From Rhizobium sp. Q54 (lineage in GTDB: Bacteria > Pseudomonadota > Alphaproteobacteria > Rickettsiales > UBA1997): a stretch of 64,000 nucleotides of DNA. Positions within the stretch are counted from its first letter, which is position 1; each line of letters begins with the position of its first letter. Of the stretch, positions 35,604 to 44,204 are shown one piece after another. Position numbers and translations under genes: made by a program. The stretch lies in the NCBI GenBank assembly GCA_945875865.1, contig CAMCMF010000002.1, positions 179-64,178 on the forward strand, given 5' to 3'. The notes under the pieces were generated by a model. The model was not told where the DNA came from. It did no database searches and worked only from the letters and a program-made list of their open reading frames with translations.

Positions 35604-36291
35604 AGCTGATTCCTCCAGTTAAATCAATAGCGCCGCCATTTGTATAGTTGTTGCTTAAAATAAATTTAATGGCGCCGAGCAAGTCTTCTCCTTTACCAAG
35701 TCGGCGATTGCCAATTGATAGAACGAATTTTTTGATTTTATCTGGTTCCATCAAATTGGTCATGCGACCATCAAAATAGCCCATGCGAATTGAAGTTGAA
35801 TAAACACCGAAAGCAGCATTTTCTTTTCCTAAAACTTCAAAGAATTTTTCGCCGAAAGCTTTGGAAGCTGAATAAAGAGTGATTCCGCGTGCTGTGCTTT
35901 GAGCGCGGAAAGAGCTAAGATAAATGAAATTTCCTGATTTTATCTTGGTCATATAAGGCAAGATGAAATGGCATAATTGTACATATTGGAAGATATTCAC
36001 ATCGAGCGACTTGGCGATATTTTCTTTGGTTTCTTGCAGGAATAAACTTTTTTGGGTGAGGAAAGCAGCGCCGATAAAAACTATGCGCTTCGGCGCTAAT
36101 TCCTTAAACTTTTCATCAAAAACTTTTTTGAAATCTTCAAAATTATTAACATCGGCAGCATTGCTTAAAGCCTTTGGAACTCTGTTGTTGTAGATGCGGA
36201 TAAAATATGAATCTTCGAATTTAAAAACACCTTCCAACAGCTCGGTTTCCGAACCAAAAACCACATATAAATTAACCATTTTTTCTACCAT
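35596..36291 (-). CDS. Short-chain dehydrogenase/reductase-like protein with a degenerate cofactor-binding motif
   Basis: Has the YSASK catalytic YxxxK, LSSF Ser, the C-terminal GEDLLGAIKFILSNNYTNGGAIDLTGG, and IGAAF for NAAG. The N-terminus reads VVFGSETELLEG instead of TGxxxGxG. Confidence 0.55.
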   Translation of the reverse strand: MVEKMVNLYVVFGSETELLEGVFKFEDSYFIRIYNNRVPKALSNAADVNNFEDFKKVFDEKFKELAPKRIVFIGAAFLTQKSLFLQETKENIAKSLDVNIFQYVQLCHFILPYMTKIKSGNFIYLSSFRAQSTARGITLYSASKAFGEKFFEVLGKENAAFGVYSTSIRMGYFDGRMTNLMEPDKIKKFVLSIGNRRLGKGEDLLGAIKFILSNNYTNGGAIDLTGGISFG

Positions 36292-37183
36292 AAATTATAA
36301 CTGAAGAAGTCAGGCCAACGCCAAAACCGGCGAAAATATTTACTGAATTTTTACCTTCCAGATTAAGTGGAAAATCTTGCAGCAAAAAAGGAATTGAGGA
36401 AGAGACAGTGTTTCCGTAAGTCGAATAATTTTCAAAAACCTTGTCAGCTTCTGGCAATAAACTTTTGATTCCATCAACAACCACGCGGCTTGCTTGGTGA
36501 ATATAAATTCCGTTAATGTGGAGATTATTTTTTTTGCAGTGATCGATCGCTTTGATTATTTGTGGTACAACTTTAATGCGGGTGAACATCCAAACTTCCG
36601 CGCCAGCCATGTATAAATAGCCGTTATTTTCTTCATTTTTTACTGATTGATATAAGAGACTGCGCTTACTGCCATCGGTGTAATGATCTTCATAAACAAT
36701 ACCAAATTCCGGATCATATTCACAAATTGTTGCGCTGGCGCCATCAGAGAAAACGGCGTTGGTTGAACGATCAATTACATTTAATTTGCTGCGGTAACGA
36801 TCTGCGGTAACCAGAAGAATTTTTTTGTAAGAAGCGCTGAGCTTGTCGATTAAACATAAAGCTTGCACAAAACCTGAACAGCCTTGGCTAATATCCATGG
36901 CAAAAGAATTTTGCGAAAGACCGAATTGGCTGGCTAAGGTTATTGAATTTGCCGGCAAATAATCGTCGGGAGTTTGTGTAACCAAAATGCATAATTCGAT
37001 CAAACTTTTATCAACCTGCGACTCAACTTTTTTGCAAGCTTCAAGTGCCAGAGCAACTGTGCTGCCGTCAGACTGATAAATATATTCGATGCCGGTTTTT
37101 TTGATTAGATCATCATTATCAAACAGCGTTTTAACCGCAATTTTATTAGCTCCAAGAGCGGTTTCAGTTTTTAGCAAACGCAT
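36272..37183 (-). CDS. 3-oxoacyl-ACP synthase III (FabH-type KAS III)
   Basis: 303 aa. Active-site contexts are DISQGCSGFVQAL (Cys), IHQASRVV (His) and YGNTVSSSIP (Asn). Confidence 0.85.
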   Translation of the reverse strand: MRLLKTETALGANKIAVKTLFDNDDLIKKTGIEYIYQSDGSTVALALEACKKVESQVDKSLIELCILVTQTPDDYLPANSITLASQFGLSQNSFAMDISQGCSGFVQALCLIDKLSASYKKILLVTADRYRSKLNVIDRSTNAVFSDGASATICEYDPEFGIVYEDHYTDGSKRSLLYQSVKNEENNGYLYMAGAEVWMFTRIKVVPQIIKAIDHCKKNNLHINGIYIHQASRVVVDGIKSLLPEADKVFENYSTYGNTVSSSIPFLLQDFPLNLEGKNSVNIFAGFGVGLTSSVIIYGRKNG

Positions 37184-37197
37184 TTGGATCTACTCAA

Positions 37198-37425
37198 CTA
37201 TTTGTTTAAACAATTAAAAATTTCACGAACTGAGCTAGAAGAGGCTAACTCTTGGCTTTCATTATATTGATCACCGATTTCTTCAGAAATTTTGCTTAAG
37301 ATTGCTAAATGTCCCAAGCTGTCCCATTCAGGAATATCGCTGGATTTAGTATCGATGGTTACAAGATTCGGCTCAACTTCTAAAGCTTGAGCGACAATAG
37401 AAATTACTTGGTTTTCGTTAATCAT
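37198..37425 (-). CDS. Acyl carrier protein
   Basis: 75 aa, acidic, with the phosphopantetheine site EWDSLGHLAIL. Confidence 0.85.
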   Translation of the reverse strand: MINENQVISIVAQALEVEPNLVTIDTKSSDIPEWDSLGHLAILSKISEEIGDQYNESQELASSSSVREIFNCLNK

Positions 37426-37578
37426 TTTATTGGAAAAGTAGGGGAATTAAAGGGAGATAAGCTAAGCAAATTCTGCATTACACAAGTCATCTTAGTCAAG
37501 AAAATTAATTGAAGATTGAAATTGCTAAGCGTGACTTTTACAAATAATAAATATCCAACCTAACTACAACTTCCAAAC

Positions 37579-38649
37579 ATGCCTATAAATCATAACGATC
37601 TAACTAACTTTTATCGCGGCAAAAAAGTATTTCTGACCGGACACACTGGCTTCAAAGGCTCTTGGCTTTCACTGTGGTTAAGTTTGATGGGAGCAAAAGT
37701 TGTGGGATTTTCCTTAAAAGCTGACGAGGAAAGTCTTTTTAATTTAGCAAATATTGCTGGCGACCTAGAGAAATCAATCATCGGCGATATTAGAAATGCT
37801 GACGAAATCACCAAAGCAATCATGGATTTTCGTCCGGAAATTATTATTCACATGGCGGCGCAACCGCTGGTTCGCGACTCTTACCGCGATCCGCTAACAA
37901 CTTATCAAACTAACGTGATTGGCACGCTGAATGTTTTTGAAGCGGCGAGAAAAGTTGGCAGCGTTAAAGCCATCACTAACATCACCACCGACAAATGTTA
38001 TGAAAATAAAGAACAGCTTAAACCATACAGCGAAGAAGATTCTCTCGGCGGTTACGATCCTTATTCATCAAGCAAAGCCTGCGCCGAAATTCTAACTTCT
38101 TCTTACCGCCGTTCATTTTTTGAAAAAGAAGGAATTGCCGCCGGATCAGTTCGCGCCGGCAATGTTATTGGTGGCGGAGACTTTTCTGTTGATAGAATTA
38201 TTCCCGATATTTTTCGCTCAATTCGCGATAAAAAAGAAGTTGAGTTGCGCTCACCAAATGCAATCCGACCTTGGCAACACGTGCTTGAACCTTTGAGTGG
38301 CTATTTGGCTTTAAGCAAAAATCTTTACGAAAAAAATTCCGCTTTCGCCAAGGCCTATAATTTCGGCCCTAATTCTGATGCTGAACAAAATGTCGAAACT
38401 TTAACAAAAACTTTCATCGAAAAAATTGGTTGCGGTAGCTACAGAATCAACGCCAATAGCGATTTGCACGAAGCGGGAATTTTGAAGTTGGATAATAGCC
38501 GCGTTAAAAAAGAATTAAATTGGCAACCAAAATTATCTTTTGACGAGACTATGAAATGGACTGCAAACTGGTACAAAAACTACCTGGAAAAAAAATCCGA
38601 CGTAAAAACATTCACCACCAATCAAATCAATAAATTTATTGCCAATTAA
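37579..38649 (+). CDS. rfbG: CDP-glucose 4,6-dehydratase
   Basis: 356 aa. FYRGKKVFLTGHTGFKGSWLSLWL, YDPYSSSKACAE and RAGNVIGGGD blocks. Confidence 0.92.
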   Translation: MPINHNDLTNFYRGKKVFLTGHTGFKGSWLSLWLSLMGAKVVGFSLKADEESLFNLANIAGDLEKSIIGDIRNADEITKAIMDFRPEIIIHMAAQPLVRDSYRDPLTTYQTNVIGTLNVFEAARKVGSVKAITNITTDKCYENKEQLKPYSEEDSLGGYDPYSSSKACAEILTSSYRRSFFEKEGIAAGSVRAGNVIGGGDFSVDRIIPDIFRSIRDKKEVELRSPNAIRPWQHVLEPLSGYLALSKNLYEKNSAFAKAYNFGPNSDAEQNVETLTKTFIEKIGCGSYRINANSDLHEAGILKLDNSRVKKELNWQPKLSFDETMKWTANWYKNYLEKKSDVKTFTTNQINKFIAN

Positions 38650-38720
38650 GCATCGCATAAAAGTATGCGCCGCAACTTCACGAGTAAGACAATCCAAAAA
38701 ACAAAATAATCGAAAAACCA

Positions 38721-39926
38721 ATGACTAGCCAACCAATCAGCGTTTCTTACGCAAAAACTGTTTACGGCCAAAAGGAAATTGATGCTGTTGTAAAATGCCT
38801 GAAAGAAGGAACTCAAATGGGCAAATATGCTCGTGAATTTGAAACCAAAATCGCTAAGCTTTTTGACAAACAACATTGCCTTTATGTCAATTCTGGCTCT
38901 TCGGCGCTTTACATTGGAATGGAAGCTTTTGGCTTTAAAAAAGGTGGCGAAGTAATAACTCCCGCCCTCACCTTTTCTACCACAGTTGGCTGTATCGTGA
39001 AAAACGGATTAGTGCCAGTTTTTGTTGATGTTGGTGTTTCTGATTATTGTATCGACCCGACAAAAATCGAAGAAATGATTTCGGATAAAACCGTGGCAAT
39101 TCTTGCGCCAAACCTGATTGGAAACGTTTGCCAATGGGACAAAATTTCTGCGATCGCGAAAAAACATAATCTGAAAGTTATCGAAGATTCTGCTGATACT
39201 TTAGGCGCCACTTTAAACGGCAAATCAAGCGGACATTGGTCAGACATGTCAATCACCAGCTTCTATGGTTCTCACATCATCAACTGCGCCGGCAATGGCG
39301 GAGCTTTGTGCATCAATGACGCCGAGCATTTAAAACAATCAAAATTGCTACGCTCTTGGGGACGCAGCTCTTCAATTTTTGACGAAAAATCTGAAGCAAT
39401 TGAAAACCGTTTCAACGTTGATATCGACGGCATTAAATATGACGCCAAATTCGTTTTCGAAACTATCGGCTATAATTTGGAAGGCTCAGAAATCGGCGCT
39501 GCTTTTGGTTTGGAACAATTGAACGATTTAGAAAATAACATCGAAACCCGTCGTAAAAACTATCAAACTCAAACTAATTTTTTCAAAAAACATGAAGAGT
39601 TTTTTGTGTTACCGCAAGAAACTGCCGGGGTTAGAACTGGCTGGTTAGCTTTCCCAATTATCGTTAAAGAATCCGCACCATTTGAACGCAGCGAATTCCA
39701 AATTTATCTCGAAAAAAGAAATATCCAAACTCGCGTAGTTTTCACCGGCAATATCACGCGCCAACCTGGTTTCAAAAATTTGGAAATGAGAAAAGCTGCG
39801 AGTTTACAAAATGCCGACAACATCATGCGCGGCGGCGTTTTGCTCGCTTGCCATCACGGTTTGAATCAAGAAATGATTGCTCACATGCATGCCACAATCG
39901 AAGAATTCTTAAAAACTAAAAAATAA
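38721..39926 (+). CDS. rfbH: PMP-dependent sugar 3-dehydrase of the DegT family (RfbH/E1- or ColD-like)
   Basis: 401 aa, DegT-fold (NSGSSALYIGMEAF). At the position of the PLP lysine (FYPGK in the 23942-25039 paralogue) it has His (SFYGSHIINCAGNGG), as in known 3-dehydrases. Confidence 0.75.
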   Translation: MTSQPISVSYAKTVYGQKEIDAVVKCLKEGTQMGKYAREFETKIAKLFDKQHCLYVNSGSSALYIGMEAFGFKKGGEVITPALTFSTTVGCIVKNGLVPVFVDVGVSDYCIDPTKIEEMISDKTVAILAPNLIGNVCQWDKISAIAKKHNLKVIEDSADTLGATLNGKSSGHWSDMSITSFYGSHIINCAGNGGALCINDAEHLKQSKLLRSWGRSSSIFDEKSEAIENRFNVDIDGIKYDAKFVFETIGYNLEGSEIGAAFGLEQLNDLENNIETRRKNYQTQTNFFKKHEEFFVLPQETAGVRTGWLAFPIIVKESAPFERSEFQIYLEKRNIQTRVVFTGNITRQPGFKNLEMRKAASLQNADNIMRGGVLLACHHGLNQEMIAHMHATIEEFLKTKK

Positions 39927-40699
39927 TGAAAGCAGTAATTTTAGCTGGCGGACTCGGCACTCGAATCAGCGAAGAAACTCATCTTCGCCCCAAGCCCATG
40001 ATCGAAGTTGGCGGCAAACCGATTTTGTGGCATATCATGAAAATTTATTCTTCTTACGGCATAAATCATTTTGTGATCTGCCTTGGCTACAAAGGATATT
40101 TGATCAAAGAATATTTCGGCAACTATCGCCAACACATGTCGGACATGACGATAAATCTTTCCGACAACAGCGTTACAGTTCACAATAATTTCGCCGAAGA
40201 TTGGAAAATAACTTTAGTTGATACCGGCGAAACTTCGATGACCGGCGGCAGAATAAAGCGCATCCACGATTACGTAAAAGATGACGAAAGTTTTTGTCTA
40301 ACTTATGGCGATGGCGTTTCCGATGTTAATGTCGGCAAGTTGATCGACTTCCATAAATCTCACGGAAAACTCGCGACATTAACCGCCACTCAACCTCCGG
40401 GAAGATTCGGCGCACTCCACATCAACGACAAAAATTTGATCACAGAATTTCAGGAAAAACCTGACGGCGATGGTAATTTCATCAATGGTGGCTTCTTCGT
40501 TTTATCCCCAAAAGTAATAGATTACATCGATGGCGATAAAACCTTGTGGGAACAAGAACCACTAAAAAATCTCTCTAAAACCGGTCAGCTTATGGCTTAT
40601 AAACATACAGGTTTTTGGCAACCGATGGATACGTTACGCGATAAGGTGCAGCTTGAGGATTTGTGGCAGTCTGGTAAGGCTCCGTGGAAAGTTTGGTAA
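39926..40699 (+). CDS. rfbF: Glucose-1-phosphate cytidylyltransferase
   Basis: 257 aa. MKAVILAGGLGTRISEET, GYKGYLIKEYF, TGGRIKR and GFWQPMDTLRDK blocks. Confidence 0.95.
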   Translation: MKAVILAGGLGTRISEETHLRPKPMIEVGGKPILWHIMKIYSSYGINHFVICLGYKGYLIKEYFGNYRQHMSDMTINLSDNSVTVHNNFAEDWKITLVDTGETSMTGGRIKRIHDYVKDDESFCLTYGDGVSDVNVGKLIDFHKSHGKLATLTATQPPGRFGALHINDKNLITEFQEKPDGDGNFINGGFFVLSPKVIDYIDGDKTLWEQEPLKNLSKTGQLMAYKHTGFWQPMDTLRDKVQLEDLWQSGKAPWKVW

Positions 40700-40734
40700 A
40701 ATCTTAGCTTTTTTAATCATTAAGAAATTCAAAA

Positions 40735-43305
40735 ATGTCCGATAAATTGCTACTTAGCATATTGATTCCAACTAAAAATAGAGAAAAAAATCTAAGTAAC
40801 ACTTTACGTAGACTGACCAAATCAATCAAAAATTCTGGCATCAATTCTAATTCAATTGAAGTTATTGTAGCTGATAATTTTTCAAATGATGGTACGAAAA
40901 ACGTAGTCCAAGGATGGATAAAGAAGCATTCCTATATCAAATATTTCAAACAAGAGCAGCAATATTTTTCCGTTGAAGAATCTCTCTTTAACGGCCTTAA
41001 ATTTGCTAGCGGTGAATATGTTTGGACGATTGGTGATGATGATTTTGTAGCTTATGATTCAGTAAAAATTTTAACTGAAAATTTAAAAAATACTGATGCC
41101 AAATTCATATTACTTAATTGCGATATTTTAACGCCAGATCGTAAAAAAACTATCTACATGCGCTGCAGCTCAGAGCTTGTTGAATATGAATCGGGATTAG
41201 ATTTTTTTAGCGATTTTGGCATCACCAACACAACAATTTCATGTCTGTGTTTTAAGAGAGATGCTCTTGATAAGAAGCTATTTGATGAGCTAAGAAGTAT
41301 ATCTCCAATCTACAGCCGCTCCTGCACATTTCTCGCAAGTTTTCATAATAAAAAATGCGCTTTCTTATCTACACCAATCATCACTTACAGAGAAAATAAA
41401 CTAGCAATTCAGTATAAAGAAAATTCCAAATCACAAAAAAATAATGCCCAACCGGATTTATTTTCTTTCACCAACGGATTAATCGATCTGCTATTATTTT
41501 TGGAAAAAAGAATCTCCATTCCATTGGAAAAGCTGATCAAGCTTGAAGAAATGGAGTTAAGTAGAGACTCTTGGCGCGTCAAACACAGCCTGCTTTATTG
41601 CTTCATCGGCACTTTCGTAATTAAACAAATCAGAAGCTTAGTTGCAGAAAATCATGTTAACGATTTTTACAAGCAAGAGATCGAAAAATTTCTAACTAAA
41701 TGCCATGATTTTTTCTCAAGATTAGAGAATGAAGATGTTTTTATTCCTGAGTTTTTAGATTATATTCTTCACCTAAAAGAATCCTTACAAAGCAAGTCTT
41801 GGAAAAGACATTTCGCCGCTTTCGCTGAAGCTGAAACTCTGCAATATTTAGAAGATAAATTTTACAAAATCGAAGCCAACTTCTTCCTTAAAAAAGACAA
41901 TAAAATTAGCACCAGCAATCAGGCTATTTTATGTTTCAAGGATAGCTCTCATCTAAAGTTTTTGAGAAATAAAGCGGCAGAAATAAGCGGATCAAAAACC
42001 AACTTAACAATATTGGTTCCAACTTATAACAGAGCCCCAAATTTATTCTTCCTGCTTAGCCGAATGATTCAGCAGAAGATAGACACCATCAAGGATGTGG
42101 AGATATTGATCGCGGTTAATAAATGCTCCGACGAAACTTACGAAGTTTGCGATTTATTCAAAAATAAAATGCCGAATTTGAGAATAAAAAAGTTTGACGA
42201 TTTTGTTGATAGCGCTGAAGAAAATATCAATCGCGCCACTCAATATTGCAGCGGCAAATATATTTTTATTCTCGGCGATGATGATCTTTTGCTGTTCCAT
42301 CCATTTTGCTTCGCTCTTGCCCTAACCAGAAATTCCAACGCTCCGGCAATCATATTGAATAACGCTTTTGAAAGTGATGTATCCAAGAAAGATCTTAACG
42401 GGGTCGATGTTAAAGGCAGATTTGCTTTTCAACACACTATCGATTATCGCGATTTTTCATACCTAGCAAGAGATTGGGGCGTCACGATCTGCATGGCTTT
42501 CATATCAAGATACATAATCAGAAAAGATCTTTTCTTGAGCATGGAAAAGCATATCAAAATATCAAAAATCTATTCTCACGTTTTTGCTTTTCTTGATTTT
42601 TTCAGGGGTAAAAAAGTTTTATTGGTAGATTTGCCTTTAGTTGCGCGCGGCGATTCCGTAGTGCAGGATCGTTTTGAAACCCTCAAGAAAAAGGAAAATA
42701 TAAATCAATATTATTATTGGACCGTTGGACTATTACTGCACTTTGAAAATGTTATAAAATCCGGCATAGCTGACTCATCATGGTTCTTTAAAATCAAAGA
42801 ATATAGCCCGCCGATGGGCTGTTTTTATTTATGGAAAGAAATCTGTGCTCAATTGTGCAAACAATCAATTTTATATTTAAAAACCAAGGATGATTGCGAA
42901 AAACCTTCAATAAAAGCCAAGGAAATTCTTAACGGATTTTCCAAGTCGAAATTAAAGGGAAGAGATGCGGAAATTCTGAATAATTTCTTGGAAAAATATG
43001 AAAAAATATGCCAGTTAGATGCTAATAGATTATCCGAAGAATCGGCAAAAAATCACATCAAAGAATTCCAATATCTCCTCGATAGAATTGCTTCCAATGA
43101 CAATCTTTTGCTAAATTACATCGCTCAAACGCAAATCAATAAACCAAAGGAAAAGCTCAAAAAAATTCGACGCAAATTTTTTAGATCAACTCTGAAAAGA
43201 ACTGCCAGCGTGATTCGCCAATCTCGCAAAGCCATCAGCGTACCACTGGTAGGATTGGAAAGAAAAATCACGAGAATCACCCGCGCGATAAGAAAAATTA
43301 AATAA
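40735..43305 (+). CDS. Large protein with two family-2 glycosyltransferase domains and a basic C-terminal tail
   Basis: GT2 signatures occur twice: LSILIPTKNREKNL...VADNFSNDGT...GDDDF, and LTILVPTYNRAPNL...AVNKCSDET...LGDDDL. The C-terminus is Lys/Arg-rich. Confidence 0.65.
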   Translation: MSDKLLLSILIPTKNREKNLSNTLRRLTKSIKNSGINSNSIEVIVADNFSNDGTKNVVQGWIKKHSYIKYFKQEQQYFSVEESLFNGLKFASGEYVWTIGDDDFVAYDSVKILTENLKNTDAKFILLNCDILTPDRKKTIYMRCSSELVEYESGLDFFSDFGITNTTISCLCFKRDALDKKLFDELRSISPIYSRSCTFLASFHNKKCAFLSTPIITYRENKLAIQYKENSKSQKNNAQPDLFSFTNGLIDLLLFLEKRISIPLEKLIKLEEMELSRDSWRVKHSLLYCFIGTFVIKQIRSLVAENHVNDFYKQEIEKFLTKCHDFFSRLENEDVFIPEFLDYILHLKESLQSKSWKRHFAAFAEAETLQYLEDKFYKIEANFFLKKDNKISTSNQAILCFKDSSHLKFLRNKAAEISGSKTNLTILVPTYNRAPNLFFLLSRMIQQKIDTIKDVEILIAVNKCSDETYEVCDLFKNKMPNLRIKKFDDFVDSAEENINRATQYCSGKYIFILGDDDLLLFHPFCFALALTRNSNAPAIILNNAFESDVSKKDLNGVDVKGRFAFQHTIDYRDFSYLARDWGVTICMAFISRYIIRKDLFLSMEKHIKISKIYSHVFAFLDFFRGKKVLLVDLPLVARGDSVVQDRFETLKKKENINQYYYWTVGLLLHFENVIKSGIADSSWFFKIKEYSPPMGCFYLWKEICAQLCKQSILYLKTKDDCEKPSIKAKEILNGFSKSKLKGRDAEILNNFLEKYEKICQLDANRLSEESAKNHIKEFQYLLDRIASNDNLLLNYIAQTQINKPKEKLKKIRRKFFRSTLKRTASVIRQSRKAISVPLVGLERKITRITRAIRKIK

Positions 43306-43317
43306 ATTTTCTAAGTC

Positions 43318-44202
43318 ATGAAAAAAATTCTTCTGACCGGCGGGTCTGGATTTATCGGAAAAAATATCACCGAATCTTATCTAACAGAAAAATATCACAT
43401 CATAGCGCCAAAACGAGCTGAACTTGATTTAACTAACGATGAAAGCGTTCAAAACTTCTTCCAAAAAAATAATAATTTCGATGCGGTAATTCATTCTGCT
43501 TGCAGACCCGGACATCGCAATGCCGGCGATATTAGCGGATTATTTTACAGCAATAGCCGCATGTTTTTTAACTTGGCGAAATATTCATATTCTTACGGAA
43601 AGCTCATCGATATTGGCTCCGGAGCAATTTATGATGGACGTCATTACAAACCAAAAATGCGAGAAGAATATTTTGGCACCACAATTCCTGCTGATGATCA
43701 CGGTTTCTGCAAATATGTAATCGGAAAATATGTCGAGAAACATCCCAATATTGTTGATCTGCGCGTCTTTGGAATCTTTGGAAAATATGAAGATTACGCC
43801 ATTCGCTTCATCTCCAACGCCATTTGCAAAGCCATCTTCGATTTACCGATCACCATCAAACAAAATCGCAAATTTGATTATCTTTACGTTGATGATTTGA
43901 TGCCGGTTTTGGAATTTTTTATTGAGAACAAAGCACAATTTGATGCCTACAATATAACACCGGACAAGTCTGTAGAATTGCTGGAAATCGCCAAAATCAT
44001 CAACTCAATCTCACAAAAAAATTTACCGATAATTGTCGCAACAGAAGGTTTGGGTTTGGAATATAGCGGCGAAAATTCGCGCTTGAAAAAAGAAATGAAT
44101 TACAAGTTTAAAAAAATCGAAGATTCCGTTGGAGAGCTTTATAACTGGTATCTGAGCAATAAAAATAACATCGATAAACAACTTCTACTCACTGACAAAT
44201 AA
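43318..44202 (+). CDS. NAD-dependent epimerase/dehydratase-family (extended SDR) sugar reductase/epimerase
   Basis: MKKILLTGGSGFIGKNI Rossmann motif and YxxxK (YVIGK). Its size is similar to nucleotide-sugar 4-ketoreductases. Confidence 0.8.
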   Translation: MKKILLTGGSGFIGKNITESYLTEKYHIIAPKRAELDLTNDESVQNFFQKNNNFDAVIHSACRPGHRNAGDISGLFYSNSRMFFNLAKYSYSYGKLIDIGSGAIYDGRHYKPKMREEYFGTTIPADDHGFCKYVIGKYVEKHPNIVDLRVFGIFGKYEDYAIRFISNAICKAIFDLPITIKQNRKFDYLYVDDLMPVLEFFIENKAQFDAYNITPDKSVELLEIAKIINSISQKNLPIIVATEGLGLEYSGENSRLKKEMNYKFKKIEDSVGELYNWYLSNKNNIDKQLLLTDK

Positions 44203-44204
44203 TC

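Noticed and set aside
37426-37578. Looked for JUMPstart/ops-like or other shared regulatory motifs in the divergent promoter gaps of the glycan locus (27487-27612, 37426-37578, 49846-50123).
   Set aside because: Only AT-rich sequence with a weak gctaagc direct repeat. Nothing can be supported as a site without comparative or experimental data.
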